A DNA stretch of 32,000 nt, from positions 720,001-752,000 of the forward strand of contig CAVRAI010000015.1 in NCBI GenBank assembly GCA_963718915.1, in the 5' to 3' direction. The notes beneath the pieces were generated by a model, which saw only the letters and a list, made by a program, of their open reading frames with translations, did not search any database and had not been told where the DNA came from. A program made the position numbers and the translations under genes. The DNA comes from an uncultured Chloroflexia bacterium (lineage in GTDB: Bacteria; Chloroflexota; Ktedonobacteria; Ktedonobacterales; JADMIN01). Positions 17,451 to 25,056 of this stretch are shown in pieces (positions within the stretch are counted from its first letter, which is position 1; the number at the start of each line of letters is the position of its first letter).

Positions 17451-18366
17451 TAACACATCCAATCCATTCCTACAGCCCCCTCTCCCCGTGGGGGAGGGGT
17501 CAGGGGAGGGGGCCGCCTTCGATCCCATCTTCGATACCGACCTGGTTCGGCGCGCGCTGGCTGAGGATGTTGGTCGGGGCGACGTGACCACCCAGGCGAC
17601 GATTGCGCCGGGAACGCGGAGCAGCGCCCGTATCGTCGCGCGCCAGGCGGGCGTTGTCGCTGGGCTGCCCATCGCCGCGCTGACCTTCGCCCAGCTCGAT
17701 CCCGGCGTCCAGTTCGAGACACTCACACCCGACGGCACATCTGTGGAGGCGGGGACAACGCTGGCGCGCGTCTCGGGTGACGCGGCGGCGCTGCTGACAG
17801 CCGAGCGGACGGCGCTCAACTTCCTGGGTCGCCTCTCCGGCATCGCCACGCTGGCGGCGCGTTGTGTCGCGGCGGTAGCGGGCACGCGCGCGCGTATCGT
17901 GGATACGCGCAAGACGACGCCGGGCCTGCGTCTGCTGGAGAAGTACGCGGTGCGCATGGGTGGCGCGCGCAATCACCGTGCGGGGCTGGATGACGGCATT
18001 CTCATCAAAGACAACCATATCGCCGCTGCGGGCAGCCTGACGCTGGCGGTCGAGCGGGCGCGCGCCCATGCCTCGCACCTCCTGAAAATCGAAGTCGAGT
18101 GCGAGAGCGAATCCCAGGTGCGCGAGGCGATCACCGCCGAAGCCGACTCGATTCTGCTGGACAACATGACGCCCGACCAGCTGCGTAGCGCCGTCGCGCT
18201 GATTCGCGAGCAGGCGCCAAATATCACCATCGAGGCGTCCGGCAATATCGGAACCGATCCGCGTAAGCTGGCGGCGGTGGCGGCGACCGGCGTTGACCTG
18301 ATCTCGCTTGGCGCGCTGACCCATTCCGCACCCAACTTCGACGTTGCACTGGACTTCGAGAGCTAG
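17443..18366 (+). CDS. nadC: Nicotinate-nucleotide (quinolinate) pyrophosphorylase
   Basis: ATG 17443 overlaps the nadB stop codon (ATGCCTGA). Contains LAEDVGRGDVTT, ERTALNFLGRLSGIAT, DTRKTTPGLR, KYAVRMGGARNHR and LLDNM. GTG 17488 is an alternative start. The longer ORF-track start at 17293 lies inside nadB. Confidence 0.92.
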   Translation: MPDNTSNPFLQPPLPVGEGSGEGAAFDPIFDTDLVRRALAEDVGRGDVTTQATIAPGTRSSARIVARQAGVVAGLPIAALTFAQLDPGVQFETLTPDGTSVEAGTTLARVSGDAAALLTAERTALNFLGRLSGIATLAARCVAAVAGTRARIVDTRKTTPGLRLLEKYAVRMGGARNHRAGLDDGILIKDNHIAAAGSLTLAVERARAHASHLLKIEVECESESQVREAITAEADSILLDNMTPDQLRSAVALIREQAPNITIEASGNIGTDPRKLAAVAATGVDLISLGALTHSAPNFDVALDFES

Positions 18367-18413
18367 CCCATATTCTTCGCACGGCAATGGCGCCGGATAG
18401 GAGCAACCTACAT

Positions 18414-19676
18414 ATGGCTATCAAGTTGGAGACATTTCCGCAGGGCGAAATCTGCGTCGAGAGCCGTGACGCGCGCATCCTGCCCTCGCTGGACGAGTGG
18501 CGCGAGCGCGAGTCGGGCAACCTGGCGCAACACAAGCCGCGCCACTCCGGATCGGAACGCGCCGACGCCATCCCCCGCGAGTACGCGCTGATGGACGCCG
18601 ACGAGCTTGACCGGCGGATTATGGCGGCGCGGGCAAAGCTGGGGACGCGGCTGGTGATTCTCGGCCACCACTATCAGCGCGACGAGGTCATCAAGTACGC
18701 CGACGCGCGCGGCGACTCATTCAAGCTGGCGCAGTTCGCGGCGGCGCGCCCAGAGGCCGACTACATCCTCTTCTGCGGCGTCCATTTTATGGCCGAGAGC
18801 GCCGATATTCTCAGCGGGCCGCACCAGACAGTGATTCTGCCGAACCCGGCGGCAGGCTGCTCGATGGCCGATATGGCGAACATCGCCGAGGTGGAGGAGT
18901 GCTGGGAGGCGCTGGACGCGCTCTACGGCGACGAGACGACGGGCGAAGAGGGCGAGTCACAATCGGTCATCCCCGTCACGTATATGAATTCCGCCGCCAA
19001 CCTGAAGGCATTCTGCGGGCGCAACGGCGGCATCGTCTGCACCAGCTCCAACGCGGCGCAAGTGATGGCGTGGGCGTTCGCGCGTGGGCGGCGTGTGCTC
19101 TTCTTCCCTGATGAGCACCTGGGCCGCAATACGGCGCTGAAGATGGGCATCCCTGAGGAGCGGATCGCCGTCTGGAACCAGCGGCTGGACTTCGGCGGCA
19201 TCGAGGACGATGAGAAGCTGATGCAGGCGAAGGTGATCCTGTGGAAGGGCTGGTGCTCGACGCATGCGCGCTTCACCGCCGCGCAGATCGAGCAGGCGCG
19301 CAGGGACTATCCCGGCGTGCGCGTGCTGGTGCATCCGGAGTGCCGCCACGAGGTGGTGGCCGCCGCCGACCTCAACGGCTCGACCGAGTATATTGTCAAG
19401 GCGGTGGCGGAAGCGCCAGCGGGGACAATCTGGGCCATCGGCACGGAAATCAACCTGGTGAAACGGCTAGCGAAAGAGCATACCGACCAGACGATCTTCT
19501 GTCTCGACCCTGTCGTCTGCCCCTGCTCGACGATGTACCGTATCCATCCCGCCTATATCGCCTGGGTGCTGGAGGAGCTGGTGGAAGGGCGCGTGGTGAA
19601 CCAGGTGCGCGTGGACGACGAGACGGCGAAGTGGGCCAAGGTGGCGCTGGAGCGTATGCTGGCAAACAGGGGGTAG
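18414..19676 (+). CDS. nadA: Quinolinate synthase (long-N-terminus type)
   Basis: ILGHHYQRDEV, FCGVHFMAES, CSMAD, YMNSAA, VHPEC and PCSTMYRI include the three Cys-containing Fe-S cluster segments. Start chosen at ATG 18414, which has AGGAG 10 nt upstream. ATG 18387 is also possible. Confidence 0.92.
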   Translation: MAIKLETFPQGEICVESRDARILPSLDEWRERESGNLAQHKPRHSGSERADAIPREYALMDADELDRRIMAARAKLGTRLVILGHHYQRDEVIKYADARGDSFKLAQFAAARPEADYILFCGVHFMAESADILSGPHQTVILPNPAAGCSMADMANIAEVEECWEALDALYGDETTGEEGESQSVIPVTYMNSAANLKAFCGRNGGIVCTSSNAAQVMAWAFARGRRVLFFPDEHLGRNTALKMGIPEERIAVWNQRLDFGGIEDDEKLMQAKVILWKGWCSTHARFTAAQIEQARRDYPGVRVLVHPECRHEVVAAADLNGSTEYIVKAVAEAPAGTIWAIGTEINLVKRLAKEHTDQTIFCLDPVVCPCSTMYRIHPAYIAWVLEELVEGRVVNQVRVDDETAKWAKVALERMLANRG

Positions 19677-19715
19677 CGAGCCATTTAGCCGTACTAGGGC
19701 CGCAGGCGACCGAGA

Positions 19716-19856
19716 GCGGGCGGTTGAAACCGCGCCTCAACGGCCTACGGCCACAAAACCCGCCTGCGCGGGTTTCAAAGCGCTGACCTGCCGAAGCTGT
19801 GCCATTGCAAGAATCCTCAGATCGCGGGATTAGCCGCAGGGCTTCAGCCTGCGGCC
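19716..19856 (+). repeat. Composite REP-like intergenic element, copy A (module 1 at 19716-19783, module 2 at 19827-19856)
   Basis: Module 1: GGCGGTTGAAACCGCGCC..GGCCTACGGCC..AAACCCGCctgcGCGGGTTT, three short hairpins. Module 2: GGATTAGCCGCAGGgcttcagCCTGCGGCC. About 85% identical to 31114-31248 in the same order and orientation. Confidence 0.8.
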
Positions 19857-19909
19857 TGTGCGCCTCACCAGCAGTGCCGCCGTCTGCCATTCATCTCAGC
19901 CATGTGCTC

Positions 19910-20761
19910 CTACTCCGCGCTCCACCGCAGGCTACCATCATCGGCGTGGGTGACGCGACCAAAGTTGGCGATATGGGCGGCGGTCAGCAGCGCGTGTTCG
20001 GCCAGCGCGTCCTGGAGCAGCCACTTCCGCGTCGCCAGCATCACCTCGGCGTCGGCCCAGCCCACCATCCAGTCGGGATGCACCACCTCGATGGCATGGT
20101 GGAACGCATCGCCGACAATGTAGAGCGTCTCGCCCGCCGACTGGACGCGCACGATCTGATGTCCCGGTGTCTCCCCCGGCGCTGGCAGGATGTCTATTCC
20201 CTCCGCGATCTGCTCTGGCCCCTCGACCAGATGCAGCATGTTTCGTTCGTGAAGCACGCCCAGCGTTCGCGCCTCCAGCGATGTCGCATCCTGTAACGCG
20301 GTCTGCATCTCGGCATTCGTCCAATCGCCTGCGCCCAGGTAGTATCGCGCCTGCGGGTAAGTGGGCGCGTAGCCGCCGTCAGCGGGCGAGGTGGCGCCCG
20401 CGAAGTGATCCCAGTGGGCGTGGGTGATGACCATATGGGTGATGTCGTCCGGCTGGACACCGAGGCTGGCAAGCTGGTCAGGAATCGCGGGAGGCGGCGT
20501 ATAGTCGGGCAGCGCGTACTCCGAATCAGGCGTCATCGTCGCCCGATAATCGTTGGCGTCCACCAGGATGCGGGCGTCGTGATGCTCGATGTAGACGCTC
20601 AGACTCGGAGACACGTCTGGCCGCTCGAAGATGTCGGCATACTGGGGACGCCAGAGCGCCTCAGGTACGTCCAGTTCCCGCGAGAGTATCAGGCGCATAT
20701 CGCCCGCGTTGATGAGGGTCACGCGCGCGTCGCCCACGCGCACCGTCGTCATTTCCGGCAT
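19910..20761 (-). CDS. MBL-fold metallo-hydrolase
   Basis: Start refined to ATG 20761 (MPEMTTVRVGD...), with GGAGG 6 nt upstream. Metal-binding motif ITHMVITHAHWDHFAG, later PGETPGH and DAFHH. Confidence 0.85.
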   Translation of the reverse strand: MPEMTTVRVGDARVTLINAGDMRLILSRELDVPEALWRPQYADIFERPDVSPSLSVYIEHHDARILVDANDYRATMTPDSEYALPDYTPPPAIPDQLASLGVQPDDITHMVITHAHWDHFAGATSPADGGYAPTYPQARYYLGAGDWTNAEMQTALQDATSLEARTLGVLHERNMLHLVEGPEQIAEGIDILPAPGETPGHQIVRVQSAGETLYIVGDAFHHAIEVVHPDWMVGWADAEVMLATRKWLLQDALAEHALLTAAHIANFGRVTHADDGSLRWSAE

Positions 20762-20885
20762 CTGCGGCCTCCGTCCTCGCTCACTTGCCCACATACTCGG
20801 CTATAACCATGATACATGATGTGAAGAAGCGCGGGCGGGGGTCGTTGCGAGGTATCTGGCTCCCCTCTCCTATGGGAGAGGAGAA

Positions 20886-21326
20886 TTGAAGTATCTCCTG
20901 GACACCGGACCATTGGCGGCCTATCTCCTTGGCCGCCAGGGAGCTGTCGCACGTCTTGATGCGCTGATTCACCATGGCGAGGCAGCCACCAGTTCGTTGG
21001 TCTATGCGGAGGCGATTGAATATTTCCAGTCCTTTGCCACATTTGGGCAGTTGCAAGCAGAGTTGCGGGGCATCTTGCATGACCAGGTGAAGCGGCTCTA
21101 TCCCACGTACGCCGTCTGTGAGCAGTACGCGACGCTCCGGCGCACTATGCGCCAGATGCGTATCCCGACTGGCCAACCCGTCGGACTGATCGGGGACATA
21201 GATACAATGATCGCGGCAACTGCCCTTGCTCATGGCTTGACGGTCATTACGATCGATGGCGATTTCAGCCGGGTACCGGGATTATCCTATCAAGTCCTCA
21301 CCCTGGCGCAGTTGCGTTTCGTCTAA
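20886..21326 (+). CDS. vapC: PIN-domain ribonuclease, VapC-type toxin
   Basis: TTG start gives MKYLLDTGPL.... Acidic PIN residues are in the expected order: D6 (LLDT), E42 (YAEA), D105/D107 (IGDIDTMIAATA), D124/D126 (DGDF). 146 aa. Confidence 0.8.
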   Translation: MKYLLDTGPLAAYLLGRQGAVARLDALIHHGEAATSSLVYAEAIEYFQSFATFGQLQAELRGILHDQVKRLYPTYAVCEQYATLRRTMRQMRIPTGQPVGLIGDIDTMIAATALAHGLTVITIDGDFSRVPGLSYQVLTLAQLRFV

Positions 21327-21392
21327 TGCCTGTGCGCTCTCAGTGAGAGCTATCACTCCGCCCCCGCGGAAGCGGTTAGTGCCCACAATGGC

Positions 21393-22676
21393 TCATGCAT
21401 GTGTGGTGAGGGGTGAGGTCAACGTCCGCGCCCGCCAGGCCAGAAATATCGCGAACACTAGCGCCACCGCTATCGAACCCGCGCCCGCGATGAACGGCAA
21501 AGTCAGCGCCACACGTGAGAGCGCCGCGCCAGTAATTGGGCCGAAGAACCATGAGAGTTGCGACGGTAGCAGCGAGAAGTTGAGGATGGGCGCGCGTCGC
21601 TCCGGTGGCGAGAGCAGCGCCAGCAGCGCGATGACCGTCGTGCCGATGCCGCCCTGGAAGAGTCCCATGCCGATGATATCGAGTTGCAGCGGCAAAAGCG
21701 AGTGGGCAAACGCGGCCACCGAGAGGCCCGCCATGATCCCAGCCAGACAGATCGGCAGCACAATCCAGCGGCCCGCCGTATCGCCGATACGTCCCCAGAT
21801 GGGTGTCATGATCGCCATCGCGATGCCCGCTAGCGTCAGTGTCAACCCAATCACCCCCGCAAGTTCGCGCGGATCGCCGGTATACCAATGTTGCAGCAGA
21901 ATCGGGATGAAGGGCGAGGCGAGCGAGTAGCCATACATCGCCAGGAAGTAGAGGATGAATAGCCGTAGCACAATTGGCGACGAGACAATCGCATGCACCG
22001 CCGCGCGCAGCATCCGTCCCACCGTCTCGCCGGTACGGGACTTGTGGATCTCCTCACGGACGATGATCGTCAGCACCAGTCCCATTAGCGCCGAGAGGCT
22101 CGCGTCTACCCCTAGCAGTACGCGGATGCCTGGCCCTTGCGCGATCAGCCCGCCAAAGAATGGGCCAATGGACGAGCCAATCGGGAAGCCCGCGCTGGCG
22201 ATACCCACGGCCATGCCGAGACGTTTGCGTGGCGTGACATCCGCCAGCATCGCCAGCATCACGCCGGTATTGCCCAGCACGAAGCCGCTGAAGAGCTGCG
22301 CCACCGCCAGCACCCAGACATTGGGCGCCAGCGCGGCGACGGTGAACATGATGCCCTCGACGTAGGCGCTCCGCACGATGATGAGCTTCCGCGAGTAGCG
22401 ATCAGCCCAGACACCCCAGAACGGGAGGAGCGGCAGCCCAATGACGAACCCCAACGCCGCCAGCACGCCTGTCCAGGTGGCAATGTTGGGGAGAGGCACG
22501 CCGAGTTGTTGCAAATAGAGTGGCCGGAAGGCGTTGAGGTGGCCAAATGCCTGCGATTCGACGACGCCCGCCATGGTGAAGACCAGCAGCAAGACGATCC
22601 AGTGGTTCGCGTGGCGCTGCGGCTTTTCCGCCGTCGCGTCACTCTGCTCGTCCGCGCTGGCCGTTTCAAGTGTCAT
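21393..22676 (-). CDS. MFS transporter
   Basis: Start refined to ATG 22676 (MTLETASADEQ...); the upstream 108 codons of the ORF-track call look non-coding. About 12 hydrophobic helices. MFS motif A-like GVWADRYSRK. Confidence 0.88.
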   Translation of the reverse strand: MTLETASADEQSDATAEKPQRHANHWIVLLLVFTMAGVVESQAFGHLNAFRPLYLQQLGVPLPNIATWTGVLAALGFVIGLPLLPFWGVWADRYSRKLIIVRSAYVEGIMFTVAALAPNVWVLAVAQLFSGFVLGNTGVMLAMLADVTPRKRLGMAVGIASAGFPIGSSIGPFFGGLIAQGPGIRVLLGVDASLSALMGLVLTIIVREEIHKSRTGETVGRMLRAAVHAIVSSPIVLRLFILYFLAMYGYSLASPFIPILLQHWYTGDPRELAGVIGLTLTLAGIAMAIMTPIWGRIGDTAGRWIVLPICLAGIMAGLSVAAFAHSLLPLQLDIIGMGLFQGGIGTTVIALLALLSPPERRAPILNFSLLPSQLSWFFGPITGAALSRVALTLPFIAGAGSIAVALVFAIFLAWRARTLTSPLTTHA

Positions 22677-22822
22677 GAAGTATCCCTGTCCCCTGTGTAC
22701 CTCATCTGTTTCGATGGGCGAGTCCCATTGTATAGCAACCTCCGAATCGAAAGCTACTATCTGGGAATCACTTTGCGGATGGAGAGAATCAGCCGGGCAT
22801 CGCCGTATATTGCGGTAGGAGT

Positions 22823-23857
22823 ATGAGCCGCCAGCGCGAGGAAAGGGCTTGGCGTATGATGTCACTTGCTGGATGGATGGCGAAGAAACGGCTACGTTCC
22901 CTGTTGTGGCTGCTCCCATTGCTGAGCCTGGCGCTGGCCACACTTGCTTGCGGCATAAGTTTCGGCTCGCACGTGGGGTATCATCCCCCGCCCGTGACAC
23001 ACCTCCCCGCTTCGCAACTGCGCCTGGAGATCCAGATCGGCGGCCAGTACGAACAGTATGGTAATCCGAGTGGCGCGCCTACCGTTGGGATCGCGGTGCG
23101 TGTCCTTGAGGGAACGAAAGCCAGCGAGTCATCTTTGGCCGATAAGGCAACGTTGACCTGCAACGGTGTCGATATCAAACGGAACGCCTACGGCTTCTCG
23201 CCACCATGCCCGCGCCAGCCGCCAGGGGGAGCGTATCGCCTTGTCTATACCGACGAGCATGGCGCGAAGACAACTGTCGTCATCCCTGTTCCTACTGGCA
23301 CGTTCGCCATCGTCTCACCGCAGGATGGCGCGGCAGTTCCGATCCCCACGAGTGGAACGCTTCCGGTACGCTTCACGGTCCCGATGGCGTCCGCCGACGG
23401 CAGCGTCGCCATAGACAATGTCACAGCGGCATGCAGCGTCTCGGATGCCCAGCCGTGCGGCGCGGTCTACGCCAATCTGCGCCCCACCGCAACCGCGACG
23501 CCGGGCCAGGGTCGTGGGATCTCCGCACTTGCTCCTCTCAGTGAAGGCATAGGGAACGCGACGCCGCTGCCGGGGAAAACACCGACAGGCGTCCCTATTC
23601 CCACTTTGCCTCCCACTCCGTCGCCAGGCGCAACGCAAACGCCGACCACACCCTTCCCCACTCCAACTGTCGTCGTGACACAGCACGGAGACACGGGAAC
23701 CATCCTGTTGTCCGGCGATTACTCCGAATTTCAACCCGCGAAAGGCTTCCTTTCGATGACCGTCGAGGCGCATGAGACGCCTGATCCCGGTGACTTTTCT
23801 TCCGTGTCGATCACCTACACGGATACCCTTCACACCCAATTCACCTGGACGCGGTGA
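22823..23857 (+). CDS. Secreted or lipid-anchored protein of unknown function, paralog 1
   Basis: Signal sequence ...KKRLRSLLWLLPLLSLALATLAC. Conserved PPVTHLPASQLRL, LTCNG, CPRQPPGGAYR and a Pro/Thr-rich linker. The start is uncertain (22823, 22856 or 22877). Confidence 0.65.
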   Translation: MSRQREERAWRMMSLAGWMAKKRLRSLLWLLPLLSLALATLACGISFGSHVGYHPPPVTHLPASQLRLEIQIGGQYEQYGNPSGAPTVGIAVRVLEGTKASESSLADKATLTCNGVDIKRNAYGFSPPCPRQPPGGAYRLVYTDEHGAKTTVVIPVPTGTFAIVSPQDGAAVPIPTSGTLPVRFTVPMASADGSVAIDNVTAACSVSDAQPCGAVYANLRPTATATPGQGRGISALAPLSEGIGNATPLPGKTPTGVPIPTLPPTPSPGATQTPTTPFPTPTVVVTQHGDTGTILLSGDYSEFQPAKGFLSMTVEAHETPDPGDFSSVSITYTDTLHTQFTWTR

Positions 23858-23873
23858 GAGGAGGTGTAGCCTG

Positions 23874-24848
23874 ATGGTCAACGCGCGTATTCCTATTGGC
23901 CGGGTTCGGCGTCTCTTGCTGTGGCTGTTGCCGTTGGTGAGTCTGGCGCTGGCCATCCTGGCCTGTTCCGCCGTAAACATTACCCCACGGCGTCCCGTTC
24001 CTCCGCCTGTTACGCACCTGCCAGCCTCACAGTTGCGCCTGATGATCCAGATTTTCAGGCAGTATACCGACGCGCCCACTGTGCAGACACTGATCCACGT
24101 CTATGAGGCGCAGAGCGGCCAGGAGGTTTCCCTGGCCGACAAGACCCGCCTGACCTGCAATGGCAGCGATGTAAAGTATAGTTATCCGAACAACGCGAAT
24201 CCGGCATGTCCGCGCCAGCCGCCCGGCGGGGCGTACCGCTTCACATTTACCGACGAGGACGGCGCTGCAACAACCGTCGTCGTGCCCGTCCCCGCTGGCC
24301 AGTACGCCGTCCTGTCGCCGCGCGCTGGCTCGACGGTTCATATCCCCAGGGATGGAGCGCTCGCCGTACGCTTCACCCTCCCCATCCCGCCTCCCAACAG
24401 CCGCATCACATTGCTCGAAGTGATCGCGGCGTGTCAGGGGACATCTAGCGCCTCATGTGACTCGATTGCGAACAACTTCTTTATCGCGGCGACGCCCACG
24501 CCACTCACGGGGGTTCCCAGCCCCACGGCTTTCGTCTACCATGGTCCGCCAACGCCGACGCCGAGCAGTAGCAAGCCCACCGCGACGGTCTACGAAAATC
24601 GCGGGCCGCCCACCCCAACGCCACCGCCAGGCTCTACCCCGACGGCGCCAGAGTTCGACGGGACGGTGACGCAGACTGGCGGCGTGGCGACTGTCGCGCT
24701 GACCGGCGACTATGCCCCGTTTCTGCCAGGACCGGGCAGCATCGAAATCAGCATCGCGGAGCAGATCGCGCCAGATCAGGGAGGCTTCGCCGCCGCCAGC
24801 GCCACAATGGGCGGCGACGTGACCGCCAACATCACCTGGACGCGCTGA
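23874..24848 (+). CDS. Secreted or lipid-anchored protein of unknown function, paralog 2
   Basis: Start refined to ATG 23874 (MVNARIPIGRVRRLLLWLLPLVSLALAILAC), with GAGAGGAGG upstream. Shares the same conserved blocks as 22823-23857 (PPVTHLPASQLRL, LTCNG, CPRQPPGGAYR, final ...TWTR). Confidence 0.7.
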   Translation: MVNARIPIGRVRRLLLWLLPLVSLALAILACSAVNITPRRPVPPPVTHLPASQLRLMIQIFRQYTDAPTVQTLIHVYEAQSGQEVSLADKTRLTCNGSDVKYSYPNNANPACPRQPPGGAYRFTFTDEDGAATTVVVPVPAGQYAVLSPRAGSTVHIPRDGALAVRFTLPIPPPNSRITLLEVIAACQGTSSASCDSIANNFFIAATPTPLTGVPSPTAFVYHGPPTPTPSSSKPTATVYENRGPPTPTPPPGSTPTAPEFDGTVTQTGGVATVALTGDYAPFLPGPGSIEISIAEQIAPDQGGFAAASATMGGDVTANITWTR

Positions 24849-24967
24849 CGCCGCGCCCCCGGCTTGCGTCCCCATTCTGGGGTACAATACTGTCTGGCGA
24901 TGCCCCCGCCCACTGAGCCTGGGCAGGCCTTCCGCCGCTTCGTGTGTACGGTGGAGCATCGTCTGGG

Positions 24968-25030
24968 TAGCCCGCGCAAGGCGGGCTTTGCGGATGCGCA
25001 GCATCCCTTAGGCGCGGCTTGAGCCGCCAG
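24968..25030 (-). repeat. REP-like module 1, copy C, in inverted orientation
   Basis: AGCCCGCGCAAGGCGGGCTTTGCGG...TTAGGCGCGGCTTGAGCCGCCAGC aligns to the reverse complement of module 1 (..AACCCGCGCAGGCGGGTTTTGTGG...TGAGGCGCGGTTTCAACCGCC). Lies just upstream of mutL. Confidence 0.6.
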
Positions 25031-25056
25031 CGCATTATTGCCTCAGGGGGCCGTGT

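Noticed and set aside
15792-18387. Long antisense ORFs opposite nadB and nadC (15792-16949, 16856-17722, 17058-17972, 17500-18387, all on the minus strand)
   Set aside because: These are typical stop-poor antisense frames of high-GC coding DNA. Their products are Arg/Ala/Pro-rich and low in complexity, while the sense strand carries unambiguous NadB and NadC motifs.
22677-23000. N-terminal 108-codon extension of the MFS ORF, overlapping the divergent lipoprotein gene
   Set aside because: The extension has no transporter-like sequence. The internal ATG at 22676 precedes the first TM helix and leaves a sensible divergent intergenic region.
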